Below are positions 62,336 through 64,000 of a stretch of 64,000 nucleotides of DNA, one piece after another. The notes under the pieces were generated by a model. It was given only the letters and a program-made list of their open reading frames with translations. It was not told the DNA's origin and did not search any database. Source of the stretch: Podarcis erhardii (taxonomy: Eukaryota); NCBI GenBank assembly GCA_964252035.1, contig CAXUOO010000304.1. One strand, 5' to 3'. Positions within the stretch are counted from its first letter, which is position 1. Each line of letters begins with the position of its first letter. Made by a program: the position numbers and the translations under genes.

Positions 62336-64000
62336 CGGTTCGAGGCCTTTCCTTCCACGACAGCGGTCGACGGTGCTCTTCTTGTTCGCACACTGCCTGA
62401 TCGTCTTCTTCTTGATTTGTGGTGCGCTGTGTGAAGTGAACTTGAACAAAGCCACTTGCAGCAGCACCACCATCGCCAGCAGATGCAGCAGCAGCCTGTG
62501 CGTCAGCAACTGGGGAAGAGGAAACTGCAGCATCAAAGCGTGCATCTGCAGAAACACCAGCTGCATGCAGTGCATGCGCAGCAGCGACTTCACGTGCTTC
62601 CTCACAAGCAGCAAACGCACACGCAGGAGCCACACACTGCCCTCCCCCAGCTTCCACTGAGAAAGCGTCTTGCGTGGAAGCAGCAGCACCAGCAGCAGCG
62701 CGACCGACGCAAGCATGCTGTTGCTGCAAAGAAAAAGAAGAAGAAGAAGGAGGGGTGGGCTCTTCTTGGAGGGTGTGCGAGAAAAAACGCAGGCGACTAC
62801 TGGGCGAGAAAAGAGCTCTGCTAGAAGAGCGAAGAAATCGCTCGAAGCCTTTCGCGGGCGTTTTCCATGCCCTCCTTTTCTGAGCAGAAAAAGGCTCCAT
62901 TTCGTGGCTGCTGAAAACGTCTTTCGCCAATGCCGTCGACACCTCCACAGCAACAGAGGCACTTTCCCTCGCTTTCTGCTTGTTGTCCGGCAGCGAAAAA
63001 AAAAGCATGCAACAACAGCGACGAAGCAGCAGTGGAAATCTTCGACGACGTCTCACTGGAGTGTCGTCGAACAGCTGCTGCAGCCCCACTTCACGCAGTT
63101 TCCCTCTGTGGCTGCCTTCGCTACTAAAGGCGAGCTCGTTGAATTTGCAGGCGTTGTTTGTGCGCCAGCATCTTTTACTAAATAGGCTCATGCGGCTGCT
63201 CACCGGTCTACTTTCGTTGTCGCTGTTTGAATGACTCTTCCAAATTTCGCTGTTGTCCACGCTGCTGCTGCTGCCAGCCGTGCTGCTTTTGCTGTCGCTT
63301 TGTGTTTGTTCCTTTTCACTGGCAGCTGCTTCTGCTGATGGAGGAGGAATGCATGCAGGGGAACACGGTGGTAGGAATACGTTTCGCTGTTGCCCCCCCC
63401 ACAAGTCAGGAAAGTCCACTAAAGAGCAGCAACTGCTGTTGAAAAAACCGCTCAAGTTTTCGTCACTTTGGGCAGCTGAAGCACCAGCAGCGACAGACCG
63501 TGAATCCGCAGCAGCAGAGACAGACTTATCTCGTCGTCGATCTCGGTGGGTGAAGCACGGAAACAGCCGCGTCCGAATCAAGCCCGAAACAAACAAACGA
63601 CGACAAGGAAGTGAGCTCGTTTTTCTTCCAAGTCGTCGCAGCAGCAAAAGCTCCTGGACATTCTCGCAGTGGTGCGCGTTTTTCCGCTTTTCAAGCAGCT
63701 GCCACTGCTTCTCTGCAGCCAGCTGATTCGAAGAACTTCTGCTGCTGTTCTCTCCTTCACGCCTGGCTGCCGTTGTTGTTTCCCCGAGAAAAAGAAACTC
63801 GCTGTCTCTGCAAGAGCCGTGCTGCTGCACTTCTAGGCTGGACTGTGCAAAACCCTTCTCTCTGTCTACTTCATGTGGGCAACATACTTTTTGGTGCGCA
63901 GGCAGCTGTTCGAGCGCAGACAAACGGCTGTGTTCCTGTGTGCTGCCACACTGCTCTTGCATGCGCCACTGCTGCTCCTCTTTCAGCAGCTCACAAGCAT
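62336..64000 (-). CDS. Probable upstream exon of the SUN gene; reading frame open to the window edge (5' partial)
   Basis: The 544-aa ORF 62328..63962 has no stop upstream to base 64000. Candidate donor g|gtcagt at 62335 is phase 1, while the 62040 acceptor is phase 2, so the junction is unresolved. Confidence 0.55.

Larger units (their letters stand above)
46950..64000. other. CAG/GCA trinucleotide-rich, GC-rich segment (Eimeria-type repeat-rich region); (TA)n tracts mostly in the introns
   Basis: Dense (CAG/CTG)n runs encoding poly-A, poly-Q and poly-S. Abrupt compositional change near 46,950. Confidence 0.8.

Noticed and set aside
47393-63726. Numerous plus-strand and alternative-frame ORFs (e.g. 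53955..55253, 61011..61940, 61976..62962)
   Set aside because: Shadow ORFs produced by CAG/CTG-rich, stop-poor sequence overlapping the SUN gene.
1-64000. (TA)n tracts, TGCATGCA octamers and isolated AGGGTTT words
   Set aside because: Ordinary background for this lineage; no telomere-like heptamer arrays. No tRNA or rRNA was recognised.

Overview
Eukaryotic DNA that looks like a coccidian apicomplexan, most likely Eimeria: CAG-repeat-rich coding sequence, TGCATGCA octamers, (TA)n microsatellites and GT-AG introns. The species cannot be determined. The window has two parts. (1) About 1-46,900 is AT-richer and contains no convincing intact gene. It is an array of decayed paralogs of one multi-copy family, mostly on the minus strand, plus paralogous intergenic blocks. 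It includes a recent ~6.2-6.3 kb tandem amplification (~2.4 copies, ~16,990-32,110), a probable in-place inversion, several small duplications, and a 120-bp tandem array carrying two 42-nt fragments of spliceosomal U6 snRNA (37,287-37,328 and 37,407-37,448). (2) About 46,950-64,000 is GC/CAG-rich and is occupied by one very large minus-strand gene, incomplete at its 5' end. I could splice it by hand into a mid-SUN (Slp1/SUCO-type) domain protein, with an 18-bp coding minisatellite shortly after the SUN domain, then a coiled coil and a hydrophobic segment. All alignments were done by eye. No database searches were run, so family names are recalled similarities that need checking.
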